From NCBI GenBank assembly GCA_035651115.1, contig DASRGL010000431.1, forward strand, positions 1,899 through 65,898: 64,000 bases of DNA, read 5' to 3'. The position numbers and the translations under genes were made by a program. The DNA comes from Chthonomonadaceae bacterium (lineage in GTDB: Bacteria; Armatimonadota; Chthonomonadetes; Chthonomonadales; Chthonomonadaceae). The stretch's first letter is position 1. Each line of letters begins with the position of its first letter. Below, one piece after another: positions 28,255 through 37,551 of this stretch. Below the pieces are notes generated by a model, which was not told the DNA's origin, ran no database searches, and saw only the letters and a program-made list of their open reading frames with translations.

Positions 28255-28974
28255 TTGAGAAAGCCTGGCGGCTTCACGCTCATTGAACTGCTCGTCGTCA
28301 TCGCCATTATTGCGATTCTGGCCGCGATACTTTTCCCGGTCTTCGCCCAGGCCCGTGAGAAGGCCCGCAGCGCCGCCTGCCTCTCCAACTGCCGACAGAT
28401 CGGCCTTGCGATTCAGATGTATGCCGACGACCATGATGAGGCGTTTCCCTGCTCCTGTATGCGCAGCATGGCGATGGGCGGGGACATGATGTCTGCCAAT
28501 CTCCAGAGCTGGCTGGAGACGACCCTGCCCTATATCAAGTCCCGCAGCCTGTACCACTGCCCGTCCGACTCCAGCCCTCTCTGGAACAACAGGGATCTGC
28601 CGCGCCAGTCGTCCTACGGCTTCAACGCCTACTTCATTCCCATTCAGGAGCCGTACTACGGCCTGAACCAGGCGCAGATCGCCCGTCCCGCCGAATGCGT
28701 GCTGGTGACGGAGTTGGCCGATACCTGGAACGAGGACTTCTTTATGCCGATGTACTGGGGCGATCCGCCGAAAGTAGCAAACGCGGACATGCAGATGATG
28801 GAGTGGGACATGATGCAGAAGGAGCCGATGAGCCTGGCGATTCGACGCCATACGGAAGGAGCCAACTACGTCTTTGCAGAGGGCCATGCGAAATGGCTGC
28901 GGTTCGCGAAGACCTTCCAGCAGGCCATGGGCGACCCCCCCTCTGTGGACTGGTACGACCCTCTCAAACCCTAA
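28255..28974 (+). CDS. Prepilin-type N-terminal cleavage/methylation domain protein (DUF1559 / H-X9-DG type), paralog of 10948..11838
   Basis: [50 protein letters not shown] start after GAAGGAGGA. Confidence 0.85.
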   Translation: MRKPGGFTLIELLVVIAIIAILAAILFPVFAQAREKARSAACLSNCRQIGLAIQMYADDHDEAFPCSCMRSMAMGGDMMSANLQSWLETTLPYIKSRSLYHCPSDSSPLWNNRDLPRQSSYGFNAYFIPIQEPYYGLNQAQIARPAECVLVTELADTWNEDFFMPMYWGDPPKVANADMQMMEWDMMQKEPMSLAIRRHTEGANYVFAEGHAKWLRFAKTFQQAMGDPPSVDWYDPLKP

Positions 28975-29011
28975 TAGACCTCTCAATTAAAGATTGCAGC
29001 CTGACAAACCC

Positions 29012-29338
29012 TCAGATTCTGAGGGCGAGTAGTTCTATCCAATCCTGTTGCTGAACCAGCAGGCGTTTGAGATAGCGCAGACCGATCTGAAACAGACTCC
29101 TCTGCCGTTTTACCGAGCGCTCGACAAAGCGGCGTCGCCCGCGTTGCTCGACCGTTTCGCCCAGACACAGAGCAAAAACATAGGCGATGCAGACGCGCAA
29201 CACCACACGGGAAACCCGCGCGGTGTCTTTAAGCCGGGTCGTTTCCAGGCGAAAACCCTGCTCCTTGAAATCGCGGAACATCGCTTCGATACTGAAGCGG
29301 CCTACGTAACGCGCCAAGATCGCCCGCCCGGCAGGCAA
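29012..29338 (-). pseudogene. C-terminal fragment of an IS4/IS701-superfamily DDE transposase
   Basis: RFSIEAMFRDFKEQGFRLE is the conserved region around the catalytic E. Only ~108 aa are present. The upstream part is missing or interrupted at the IS256 remnant. Confidence 0.7.
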
Positions 29339-29395
29339 GTCGGACAGAAGATACCAGGGTTCGTCGTCGGGATGGTCTTGGCTCCATCCGGGTTA

Positions 29396-29967
29396 TGTCA
29401 AGTCTTTTCTGTAAAATTGGGCTGGCCTGCTGAGAGCGCAAACGGCAGGTCATGGTGTCTCCTTTCGGTTACCACGCCAGAGAGGAAAACGCATCATGAC
29501 CTACCCACTCGATTCTACACGACCCCAAGACCTCCTGGAAACCATCGCCGACAACGGCCTGGAAGGCCTGCCCGACCTGTTCCGTGTGCTGGTCAAGGCG
29601 GCCATGCTCCTGGAGCGTCCGTTATGTCTATCAAGTTGGTAACGGAGGGTCGCAAAACCAATCCGCAGTTAGCCGCCTGGTCAGAAGCCAATCTGCCCGA
29701 AGGCTTTGCTGTCTTCGCCTTTCCTGAGCCGCCTCGTCGCCTCCTGCGCACGACCAACGGCTTGGAGCGGATCAGCCAGGAAGCGCGGCGTCGGACGCGG
29801 ATGTGCCGTCACTTCCCCAACGAGGCGTCCTGCCTGCGGCTGGTGTCGGCGGTGCTGATGGAAATCAGCGACGAATGGGAGACGGGCAAAGCCTATCTGA
29901 CTTTCGACGACTAGACGAACGGGCTGCTGAAGGGAGCCACCGACAATTTTACAGAAAGGGCTTGACA
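29396..29967 (+). mobile_element. Internally deleted IS256-family element with intact terminal inverted repeats (572 bp)
   Basis: TIRs are TGTCAAGTCTTTTCTGTAAAATTG (29396-29419) and the reverse complement of CAATTTTACAGAAAGGGCTTGACA (29944-29967), matching at 21/24. There is a transposase N-terminal piece (MTYPLDSTRPQDLLETIADNGLEGLPDLFRVLVKAAMLLER, from 29496). A C-terminal piece (RTTNGLERISQEARRRTRMCRHFPNEASCLRLVSAVLMEISDEWETGKAYL, to 29914) lies in a different frame. Confidence 0.8.
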
Positions 29968-30054
29968 CAACCCAGGAATTCCCTGCTGGGTGTCGAACAG
30001 CCTGTTGGTTTTCAAGGCTCTATGCAAGAGTTTCCACCGCGAGTTTGAGGTAAC

Positions 30055-30097
30055 GATACCGCATACAGTAAGGCACAGCCTTACTGTATGCGGTATC
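30055..30097. repeat. Perfect 20-bp-arm palindrome
   Basis: GATACCGCATACAGTAAGGC-ACA-GCCTTACTGTATGCGGTATC. Confidence 0.9.
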
Positions 30098-30159
30098 GCC
30101 ACTCAGACCCAAACATGACTTGCGCTCTCTGGACAGAGTTCGGAGGATGTCCGAGTGAA

Positions 30160-30203
30160 CAAAACAAAGCAAAAGACCGGAAGAACCTTTCTGGCTTCCG
30201 GTC
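30160..30203 (-). terminator. Intrinsic terminator downstream of the tRNA
   Basis: On the minus strand, GACCGGAAG-(11 nt)-CTTCCGGTC is followed by TTTTGCTTTGTTTTG. Confidence 0.7.
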
Positions 30204-30322
30204 TCTTGTGTAGTGACTCTATTGCGACAGTGTTGTAGGTATGAGCAGATGCTCTGACCCGTGCCGCCAGACATATAGATTGCTGACTCTAACCCGCCCA
30301 AAATGTCAACAACTATCAACAA

Positions 30323-30396
30323 TAGCGGAGGGGGGACTCGAACCCTCGACACTACGGGTATGAACCGTATGCTCTAACCAACTGAGCTACTCCGCC
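30323..30396 (-). tRNA. tRNA with CAT anticodon (elongator Met; tRNA-Ile2 not excluded)
   Basis: Reverse complement is GGCGGAGTAGCTCAGTTGGTTAGAGCATACGGTTCATACCCGTAGTGTCGAGGGTTCGAGTCCCCCCTCCGCTA. It folds as a cloverleaf with anticodon loop TTCATAC. The anticodon stem lacks the three G-C pairs of initiator tRNA. No CCA is encoded. Confidence 0.85.
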
Positions 30397-30488
30397 ACAA
30401 AGCACCTCTATTCTACCATAGCCCGGCCCGGTTTGTCAAAAGCCTCACGGGGAAAAATCGCACGGCCTCTGGCGGACGGGCGAACGGC

Positions 30489-31409
30489 TCAGCGGCTCAG
30501 ACGCCAGTGGGTCGTGAAGGAGTAGGAAGCGCCGGGCGCAAGCGTCTGCATCGGGCTGAGCAGCTCCATCTCGATATACTTGAGCGGGTCGGGATTCGTG
30601 TAGACCTCCTGGCCGCAGCCGTCGTCGGGATACGTCTTGCCCGTCTCATACGTCGCCGAGACCTCGAAAATCCGCCCGCCCTTCTCCGACCGAATCCAGC
30701 CCTGCGGCGAGTCTGCGCCGATCTTGACGGACTTCTCCTTGTCCCGCTTCAGATGCGCCTCATCCCCGACAAGTGTGAGCCTGCCGGGCGGCGGATCGGC
30801 GTCCTTGAACGTGTAGTAGCCTGCCGCGAACTTCCCGCCTCTGTTCAGGGGCAGGCGCACCACATCCGGGTCATCCACCTGCGTGACCTCCCAGACGCCC
30901 CAGTTGATATGCTTATCCAGGGTGTTGGTCATCGTGTTCGTAATGGTCACGCCCGTTCCCGTCTCGTCCAACGCGATCTCCCGCGTAAACCGGAGGCCGG
31001 CGACCGCGCTGGCCTGCCCGGTCATCTTGAGGTGCTGGTTGGGAAGGACCTCGACCGTCTGCGGCGCACTGTCCAGCGTCGCATCGGGCGGCCAGTCCCA
31101 GCGCGACTGCGGCGCGGGCCAGAGCTTGTCGCCGCCGAAATTGGGCCACTCTCTGGCCGCCTGCGCGGGATCGGCCAGCTTGCCTTTCAGGGCCGGATTG
31201 ACCCAGATCATATTCCGGTCGCCCACATAGCCGTAGCGCATGATGCGCCCGATCTGCGGCACGACAACGACCTCGACCGTGCCGTTGGAAAGCTGGTAGC
31301 AGTGCGGCCAGCCCTCGAAGCGTACCTGTTTCACCGTCACGGCTCCCCACGCCGCGCCCGCTGCGCCGAGCGCCATCGCCACGCCGAGCGCCGTCATACC
31401 TGCTCGCAT
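30489..31409 (-). CDS. Secreted DUF4380-like protein (galactose-mutarotase-like fold, tentative)
   Basis: Signal peptide MRAGMTALGVAMALGAAGAAWG. HCYQLSNGTVEVVVVPQIGRIMRYG resembles the DUF4380 N-terminus. AAGGAGGG RBS. Confidence 0.55.
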   Translation of the reverse strand: MRAGMTALGVAMALGAAGAAWGAVTVKQVRFEGWPHCYQLSNGTVEVVVVPQIGRIMRYGYVGDRNMIWVNPALKGKLADPAQAAREWPNFGGDKLWPAPQSRWDWPPDATLDSAPQTVEVLPNQHLKMTGQASAVAGLRFTREIALDETGTGVTITNTMTNTLDKHINWGVWEVTQVDDPDVVRLPLNRGGKFAAGYYTFKDADPPPGRLTLVGDEAHLKRDKEKSVKIGADSPQGWIRSEKGGRIFEVSATYETGKTYPDDGCGQEVYTNPDPLKYIEMELLSPMQTLAPGASYSFTTHWRLSR

Positions 31410-31470
31410 CCTTGCCTTGCCCTCCTTTTTACCCGGTGATTGCACGTCGAGCGTGACGATTCCTGCCCGC

Positions 31471-31500
31471 TTGACGCCGCCTGCCGCCCCGTGTTAGAAT
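31471..31500 (+). promoter_or_regulatory. Sigma70-type promoter with extended -10
   Basis: TTGACG, 17-18 nt spacer, then TGTTAGAAT. Confidence 0.55.
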
Positions 31501-31564
31501 GCCGCACCGGGCGCGATGGAAGATAGGCCCGCCCAAAAGTCGAAGCGAACAGCAGGAGAGAGGG

Positions 31565-32515
31565 ATGCACGTCGAAGAGATTCGGAACATCGCCGTTGTC
31601 GGCGCGGGCCTGATGGGACACGGAATCGCGCAGGAGTGCGCGCTGTGCGGCTACTCCGTTGCGCTGACCGATGTGAGCGCGGATGCATTGGATCGGGCGC
31701 GTGCCAGCATCGAGGCCAACCTGCAAACGCTGGTGAGCCGGGGCGCGCTGACCGCAGAGCGCGCCGCAGCGGTACTGCCACAGATACGCGCCTGCGCGCA
31801 ACTGGGCGAGGCGCTGGCCGGGGCCGATTTCGTCATCGAGGCAGCGGCGGAAGACCTGGCCGTGAAGCAGAATCTCTTCCACCAGATGGATGCGCTCTGC
31901 CCGCCGCAAACGATCCTGGCAAGCAACACCTCGACCTTCATGCCGACCAGACTGGCCTCCGCCACCCGCCGCCCGGACAGAGTCCTTGTCGCCCACTATT
32001 TCAACCCGCCCTATCTGCTGCCCCTGGTCGAAGTCGTCTGCGGCGAAGCCACCTCCGAGGAGACACTGCAAACCACGCTGGCCCTCCTGACCCGGATGGG
32101 CAAACGCCCGGTACACGTGCGGAAAGAGGTTCCCGGCTTCATCGGCAATCGGCTGCAAATGGCGCTGCTCCGCGAGGCGCTGTCGCTGGTCGAGCAGGGC
32201 GTCGCGACGCCGCAGGACGTGGATGCTGTCATCCAGAACGGATTCGGGCGGCGGCTGGCAGCGGCGGGCGTCTTCGAGGTGTTCGACTTCGGCGGCTGGA
32301 ATCTCATCCTGGCGATTCTGCAAATGCTCCTACCGGAGATCGCGTCCTCTACAGAGGCGTCGCGCCTGCTCGTGGAGAAGGTGGCGCGCGGCGAACTCGG
32401 CGTGAAGTCCGGCCAGGGTTTCTATGAGTGGGATGCGGACACCGCCCAGGCGCGCAAGAGCGCGATCGCGCAGACGCTGATCGCGCTGGCGCGGCTCCCA
32501 TCCGAAACGCGGTAG
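31565..32515 (+). CDS. 3-hydroxyacyl-CoA (3-hydroxybutyryl-CoA) dehydrogenase
   Basis: [14 protein letters not shown] Rossmann motif. ASNTS and HYFNPP motifs. ATG 31565 follows GGAGAGAGGG. Confidence 0.9.
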   Translation: MHVEEIRNIAVVGAGLMGHGIAQECALCGYSVALTDVSADALDRARASIEANLQTLVSRGALTAERAAAVLPQIRACAQLGEALAGADFVIEAAAEDLAVKQNLFHQMDALCPPQTILASNTSTFMPTRLASATRRPDRVLVAHYFNPPYLLPLVEVVCGEATSEETLQTTLALLTRMGKRPVHVRKEVPGFIGNRLQMALLREALSLVEQGVATPQDVDAVIQNGFGRRLAAAGVFEVFDFGGWNLILAILQMLLPEIASSTEASRLLVEKVARGELGVKSGQGFYEWDADTAQARKSAIAQTLIALARLPSETR

Positions 32516-32536
32516 GATTCCGCCTGCCGCCCAATC

Positions 32537-32566
32537 TTGACACGCACTGTCGGCCCGTGCTAAAAT
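32537..32566 (+). promoter_or_regulatory. Sigma70-type promoter with extended -10, upstream of the SBP56 gene
   Basis: TTGACA (32537-32542), then TGCTAAAAT ending at 32566. Confidence 0.6.
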
Positions 32567-32649
32567 CGCGATACCGGGCGCACGGAGCCATGCGCCCGGC
32601 ACGCCTGCCGGGCACTCCCGGAAAAAACGGCCCAGGAGGGCTAGAAAAT

Positions 32650-34023
32650 ATGTCTGATACCCATACGACCGAACACGCCTGCTGCGGCCCCGGCTACGCC
32701 TCGCCCGCCGAAGCGATGCTGGCCGCGCCGGAAAAGGTACTCTACACCGTCGCGCTCTATACCGGAACCGGCATCGAAGCGCCGGACTACCTGGCGACGG
32801 TGGACGTAGACCCTCAATCCCCGACCTATTCGCAGGTCATTCATCGCACGCCCGTTCCCAATCTCGGCGACGAACTTCACCACTTCGGATGGAACGCCTG
32901 CAGCTCCTGTCATGGCGACGCCGACAAGTCCCGCCGCTTCCTGGTGTTGCCCGGAATGCGTTCCAGCCGTATCCATATCCTCGATACCGCCGACGAGCGC
33001 GCCCCGAAACTCCACAAGGTCATCGAGCCGGAGGAGATCAAGGCCAAGACGAACCTGACGGCGGGCCATACCGTCCACTGCCTGGCCGACGGCCATGTGA
33101 TGATCTCCATGCTCGGCGATAGCGAGGGCAACGGGCCGGGCGGCTTCCTGCTCCTCGACGAGAATTTCGACATCGCGGGGCGCTGGGAACGCCAGATGGA
33201 CGGGATGCGCTTCAACTACGATTTCTGGTATCAGCCGCGCCACAACGTCATGGTCAGCAGCGAGTGGGGCGCTCCCAAGACCTTCTATCCCGGCTTCGAT
33301 CTCAACGATGTCTCTGCCGGGAACTACGGCCAGCAGATTCACTTCTGGGACTGGAACGCACATGAGATCATCAAGACGGTAGACCTCGGCGCGGACGGCC
33401 TGATTCCCCTCGAACTGCGCTTCCTGCATGACCCGGACGGCGTGCATGGCTTCGTCGCCGCCGCGCTCAGCAGCAACCTGTTCCATTTCCACAAAGCGGC
33501 AGACGGCGATTGGAAGGTCGAGAAGGTCGTGGATATTCCTTCGGTCGAGGTGGAGGGCTGGCCGATCCCGGTTCCCTCGCTCATCACCGACATTCTGCTC
33601 TCGATGGACGACCGCTTCCTCTATCTGTCCAACTGGCTGCACGGCGACATCCGCCAGTACGACATCAGCGATCCGGCGCATCCGAGACTGGCCGGTCAGG
33701 TCTGGGTCGGCGGGCTGCTCGGCAAGGCGGAGACGGTCAAGGGCAACCAGTTGCGCGGCGGCCCGCAGATGCTCCAACTCAGCCTGGACGGCAAGCGACT
33801 CTATGTGACCAACTCGCTCTTCAGCACGTGGGACAACCAGTTCTATCCCGAACTGGCAAAGAGCGGCTCGCACATGCTCCAGATAGACTGCGACACGCAG
33901 AACGGCGGCCTGGCGATCAACCCGAACTTCTTCGTGGACTTCGCCAACGAGCCTGCCGGCCCCGCCCGCGCGCATGAGATGCGCTATCCCGGCGGGGACT
34001 GCACCTCGGACATCTGGATTTAG
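32650..34023 (+). CDS. Selenium-binding protein family (SBP56) / methanethiol oxidase-like
   Basis: [13 protein letters not shown] near the N-terminus. [23 protein letters not shown] at the C-terminus. ATG 32650 follows AGGAGGG. Confidence 0.9.
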   Translation: MSDTHTTEHACCGPGYASPAEAMLAAPEKVLYTVALYTGTGIEAPDYLATVDVDPQSPTYSQVIHRTPVPNLGDELHHFGWNACSSCHGDADKSRRFLVLPGMRSSRIHILDTADERAPKLHKVIEPEEIKAKTNLTAGHTVHCLADGHVMISMLGDSEGNGPGGFLLLDENFDIAGRWERQMDGMRFNYDFWYQPRHNVMVSSEWGAPKTFYPGFDLNDVSAGNYGQQIHFWDWNAHEIIKTVDLGADGLIPLELRFLHDPDGVHGFVAAALSSNLFHFHKAADGDWKVEKVVDIPSVEVEGWPIPVPSLITDILLSMDDRFLYLSNWLHGDIRQYDISDPAHPRLAGQVWVGGLLGKAETVKGNQLRGGPQMLQLSLDGKRLYVTNSLFSTWDNQFYPELAKSGSHMLQIDCDTQNGGLAINPNFFVDFANEPAGPARAHEMRYPGGDCTSDIWI

Positions 34024-34042
34024 GTTTGAACCACCCGCTGCG

Positions 34043-34145
34043 CTAGAGGCACGGAGACACGGAGCAAAACAGGAGAAAGACGAGGATGACCCCTTTTCTC
34101 TTCTTTTGCTTTTCTCCGTGATTCCTCCGTGTCTTCGTGCCTCTG
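34043..34145. repeat. Type E long imperfect palindrome (~103 bp)
   Basis: CTAGAGGCACGGAGACACGGAG ... CTCCGTGTCTTCGTGCCTCTG, with a second inner inverted pair. Lies between the SBP56 stop and the ferredoxin start. Confidence 0.75.
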
Positions 34146-34162
34146 TGGTGAAGGATGTTTTT

Positions 34163-34483
34163 GTGAAAGCATATCAGGTGAGGCTGGTCAATCGAGAGAA
34201 CCGCGTCGTCATGGTGGCGGAGAACGAGACTATTCTGGAAGCGGCAGAGGAGGCAGGCATCACGCTGCCGTATGGCTGCCGGTTCGGCGTCTGCGTGACG
34301 TGCGCGGCCAGACTGTTGGAGGGAGAGGTAGATCAGTCGGCAGGGGTAGCGCTGAAACCGGCGCAGGAGGCGATGGGCTATGTGCTGCTCTGCATCGCCA
34401 CCCCGCGCTCCGACTGTACGTTCGAGGTCGGGGTCGAGTGTCAGGACGATCTCTATATCAATCCGTTCAAAGGCCGCCGTTAG
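34163..34483 (+). CDS. Plant-type [2Fe-2S] ferredoxin
   Basis: CRFGVCVTC...C spacing (C-X4-C-X2-C-X29-C). GTG 34163 follows GAAGGA. The longer track ORF begins inside the repeat. Confidence 0.8.
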   Translation: MKAYQVRLVNRENRVVMVAENETILEAAEEAGITLPYGCRFGVCVTCAARLLEGEVDQSAGVALKPAQEAMGYVLLCIATPRSDCTFEVGVECQDDLYINPFKGRR

Positions 34484-34498
34484 AACGCCTCATGCAAC

Positions 34499-34665
34499 CT
34501 CCCCTAACCCCTCCTTCGTAAGGAGGGGAACAGTTCCCTCCCCTTCGTAAGGAGGGGAACAGTTCCCTCCCCTTCGTAAGGGGAGGGCTATCGTCAATGG
34601 CAGGTAGCAATGGGAGGATGTGGTTCCCTCCCCTTACGAAGGGGAGGGCTAGGGAGGGGTTCGGT
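34499..34665. repeat. Tandem array of type C-like hairpins
   Basis: CCCTCC(CC)TTCGTAAGG(A/G)GGG units with an AACAGTT spacer occur three times, then a fourth hairpin CCCTCCCCTTACGAAGGGGAGGG. CCCCTAACCCC and GGGAGGGGTT-type ends flank the array. Confidence 0.8.
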
Positions 34666-34679
34666 TCAGCGCATGTAGT

Positions 34680-35966
34680 CTATTCCGTCTTGCGCGGTAT
34701 CTCGCGAATGTAGAGGTTCTTGAAATAGAGCGGCGCGCCGTGATGCTGCAATTCGATCTGCCCGGTCGAGTAGATGGGCTTGTCGCGCTCCCAGTAGTTC
34801 TCCATCGGCACAGCCTGCACGACCAGGTCGTTGTTCAGGAAGACCGTCACCTTCTCGCCGACCATCAGGATACGGAAGCGATTCCACTCCCCGATCGGCT
34901 TATCGGCCTTATGCGTGGGATTGCTGGGGTGCTTCTGGTTGTTGAAGAGGCCGCCCGACCCTAGCGGATTGTCCCATATCTGCACCTGCGGGCTGCCGCG
35001 CAGATAGATGCCGCTGTCGCCGCCCGGCTCGATCTTCCAGTCCACCAGCAGCTCGAAATCGCCGTAGTCTTTGGCCGTGCAGAGGCTATTGTTTTTCCCA
35101 TCATAGGTGAGGACCCCGTCCACCACCTTCCAGTGCTTGAGAGCTTCCTGGGTGGCCTGCTTCTCGGCGGCGGCAAGCTGCTCCGGCGTCATCCTGGCGC
35201 GCGTCGGCGGATCGGCGACCAGTCCCTTCCAGCCGGTCAGGTCTTTGCCGTTGAAGAGCGCGTGAAAACCGGGCGGGGGCGTGTTGTCCCGCTCCGGCTT
35301 CGACAGGTCTTTGATCCAGATGTTGCGGAAATAGACCGCGCTCGGCCCGTGTCCGAGAAAGCCGATATGCCCCCGGTCGCGCAACATGCCGGGATGCTCG
35401 TAGAGCGTTTCGGGATCATGTACGGCGTTCAGGTCGGCGTCCACGATGGTCTTGCCGTTCAGGACGACCTTGATACGCCGCCCGATGGCCGAGATCTCCT
35501 CCCGATTCCACTCCCCGACGGGTTTGAGCGCGCCGCGTTTGGCAGGAGCTACCTTGTAGATCGAGCCGTGATACTGTCCCGGCTCCAGGTGGGCGTAGCG
35601 GGCATCCGAATCGTCGAGTATCTGGCACTCCATCCCGTTGTAGGCCGCATCGCCTCCCAGCGGGGCGCGCAGCCCGACGCCATTGTTCCCGCCCTTATCC
35701 AGCTTGAACTCGAACCGGAAAATGAAATCGCTATACTCTTTCTCGGTCAGCAGCTTGCCGCCCCCCTCGGCAGGACAGGCCAGCACGCCGTCCTCTTGCA
35801 CGACATAGCCCGGCCCGATGCCTCCCACCAGCGTCCATCCGTTCAGTGTCCTGCCGTCGAACAGCCGGACGAAGCCGCCGTTCTCCTCCGCCACCGCACG
35901 GGAACCCAGCCCACAGAGGACGAAGAGCAACACAAAAGACAGCGTGCCAAGTCTCCGAATACGCAT
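34680..35966 (-). CDS. Secreted protein with two DUF1080 (3-keto-disaccharide hydrolase-like) domains
   Basis: Signal peptide. [13 protein letters not shown]...[11 protein letters not shown], then [15 protein letters not shown]...[11 protein letters not shown]. Confidence 0.85.
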   Translation of the reverse strand: MRIRRLGTLSFVLLFVLCGLGSRAVAEENGGFVRLFDGRTLNGWTLVGGIGPGYVVQEDGVLACPAEGGGKLLTEKEYSDFIFRFEFKLDKGGNNGVGLRAPLGGDAAYNGMECQILDDSDARYAHLEPGQYHGSIYKVAPAKRGALKPVGEWNREEISAIGRRIKVVLNGKTIVDADLNAVHDPETLYEHPGMLRDRGHIGFLGHGPSAVYFRNIWIKDLSKPERDNTPPPGFHALFNGKDLTGWKGLVADPPTRARMTPEQLAAAEKQATQEALKHWKVVDGVLTYDGKNNSLCTAKDYGDFELLVDWKIEPGGDSGIYLRGSPQVQIWDNPLGSGGLFNNQKHPSNPTHKADKPIGEWNRFRILMVGEKVTVFLNNDLVVQAVPMENYWERDKPIYSTGQIELQHHGAPLYFKNLYIREIPRKTE

Positions 35967-36306
35967 TTCAACTCCTCATGAAGAAAGTGGAACCGCCCGC
36001 TGCGCCCTGAGTCGGCGCAGGCCGACTTCGTGCTTTGGCAGCCGCGAATTCCTTCGCCGGGCAAGGTATTTCTACACGCTCTTACAGCCCACCTGCCAGT
36101 AGTCGCTCACTCGCCTTTGTGATCGTTCGGCAGACAGGTTCAGGGTTCTGCTGCGCGGAGCGATGGCGCGACAGACCTGCTCCGACTTTGTCTGGACTTG
36201 CCGGGCATCGAAACGCCCCAGAGAACGCAGCGGCACAGCCTGAAGATGCCGGGCGCTGATAACGAGCGCCAGTAAGAGGGTTCCTCCGACCGCATTTCAC
36301 AGGTCT

Positions 36307-37317
36307 CTACTCTTGACGTTCTTCTGCCTTGCTCTGCGAGCTTTTCCTCGGTGTCTCTGTGCCTCTAGTTGATTCCTGGCCGTCGCGATTGTTGACGAAC
36401 TCCCAGCCGAAGCGTCCCTTGATGCACAGGTGACCGCGCGTGATGTCGTGATCGAGCGGGGAGGTGGCTTTGACGATCTTGTTGTCCTGGACATGCAGTT
36501 CCAGGTTGCACCCGACGCCGCAGTAGGGGCAGATGGTCTCGGTGACGGTCTGTTTGGATTCGTCCCAGGTTCCGGCCTGCCGCATGTCGTACTCGCTTTT
36601 GAACATCAGCGCGTTGGTCGGGCAGACGCCGATGCAGTTGCCGCAGTAGACGCAGGCGGAGTCGGGCAGGGGAACGGCGTATTCGGTGGCGATGCGCGCG
36701 TCGAAGCCGCGCCCGGCGACCGCGATAGCGAACGTGTTCTGCGCGTCCGTGCCGCACGCCTCGACGCACTTGTAGCAGAGGATGCACTTGCTGTAGTCGC
36801 GCACGTACAGATCGTTGTCTATCTTGACCGGCTGGGCGACGGTCTCGGCCTGGTCGCCTGCGGGTTCGTGATGATGTCCGGCAGGGCGTGCGTCGCGCTC
36901 TCCGGCGGCGGCAGGTGGCGCGGACGGCCCGAACTTCCCCGGTTCCACGCCGTACTCGGCCATCCAGCGTTTCGTGTCCGCGTTGACCAGCGACATATCC
37001 ACCGAGGAGGCCAGCAGTTCCATGACCAGCTTGCGCGAGTGCCTCACGCGCTCCGTATCGGTCTTGATGACCATGCCCGGCTCGACTTTGCGCGAGCAGG
37101 ACGGCACGAGGACGCGCGAACCCTCCACCTCCACCACGCAGACACGGCAGACGTTCACCGGGGTCAGATTTTCCAGGTAGCAGAGGGTCGGGGTGTCCAC
37201 GCCCCGGCGACGCAGGGCTTCGAGGATCGTCGCGCCTTCGGGGGCGCGGACGCTTTCGCCGTCAATCGTGAACGTGATCATCCGTTGCGGCGGCGCGATA
37301 GGAACGGCCTGGCTCAT
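36307..37317 (-). CDS. FdhA/NuoG-like Fe-S protein: the N-terminal cluster domains only (truncated formate dehydrogenase alpha-like)
   Basis: 2Fe-2S region (TLCYLENLTPVNVCRVCVVEV). Two 4Fe-4S ferredoxin motifs (CILCYKCVEAC, CVYCGNCIGVCP). Molybdopterin-type 4Fe-4S motif (CPYCGVGCNL...LCIKGRF). The ORF then ends in a repeat-derived tail, STRGTETPRK. Confidence 0.8.
   Translation of the reverse strand: MSQAVPIAPPQRMITFTIDGESVRAPEGATILEALRRRGVDTPTLCYLENLTPVNVCRVCVVEVEGSRVLVPSCSRKVEPGMVIKTDTERVRHSRKLVMELLASSVDMSLVNADTKRWMAEYGVEPGKFGPSAPPAAAGERDARPAGHHHEPAGDQAETVAQPVKIDNDLYVRDYSKCILCYKCVEACGTDAQNTFAIAVAGRGFDARIATEYAVPLPDSACVYCGNCIGVCPTNALMFKSEYDMRQAGTWDESKQTVTETICPYCGVGCNLELHVQDNKIVKATSPLDHDITRGHLCIKGRFGWEFVNNRDGQESTRGTETPRKSSQSKAEERQE
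36346..36368. repeat. Solo type E repeat end at the 3' end of the FdhA-like ORF
   Basis: CCTCGGTGTCTCTGTGCCTCTAG is the reverse complement of CTAGAGGCACAGAGACACCGAGG (compare 34043-34064). Confidence 0.65.
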
Positions 37318-37551
37318 CTAAGTCTCCATTGAACTTTGAAACGCGCGCAGTGGGCGTATTCTGGCCCTAATTTGGCGTTTGGCCGGATGTATTCCTTCTC
37401 TGGGACGGCCCTCACCTTCACAGACCGCGCCGAGCCGGGAGGAAGGGACGTTCGGCGCGTCGAAATATCCGGGCGTTGCGCGCCGCTGCGGACTTCAAGG
37501 AGGAAGGCGGAGCAAACTCAATGCGCAGTAACGGAGTCGGGAGGAGAGGCC

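Noticed and set aside
29048-29914. 288-aa ORF spanning the IS region
   Set aside because: It is chimeric. Its first part is antisense to the IS4/IS701 fragment, and only the last ~80 residues are IS256 transposase sequence. It is not a functional gene.
30020-30352. 110-aa ORF on the minus strand
   Set aside because: It overlaps the tRNA gene, its terminator and the 20-bp palindrome. Its composition is not protein-like.
34499-34665. Possible CRISPR array (regularly repeated ~27-nt units)
   Set aside because: The units are head-to-tail hairpins with a fixed 7-nt connector. There are no unique spacers of 25-40 nt and no cas genes in the window. They belong to the palindromic repeat families seen elsewhere.
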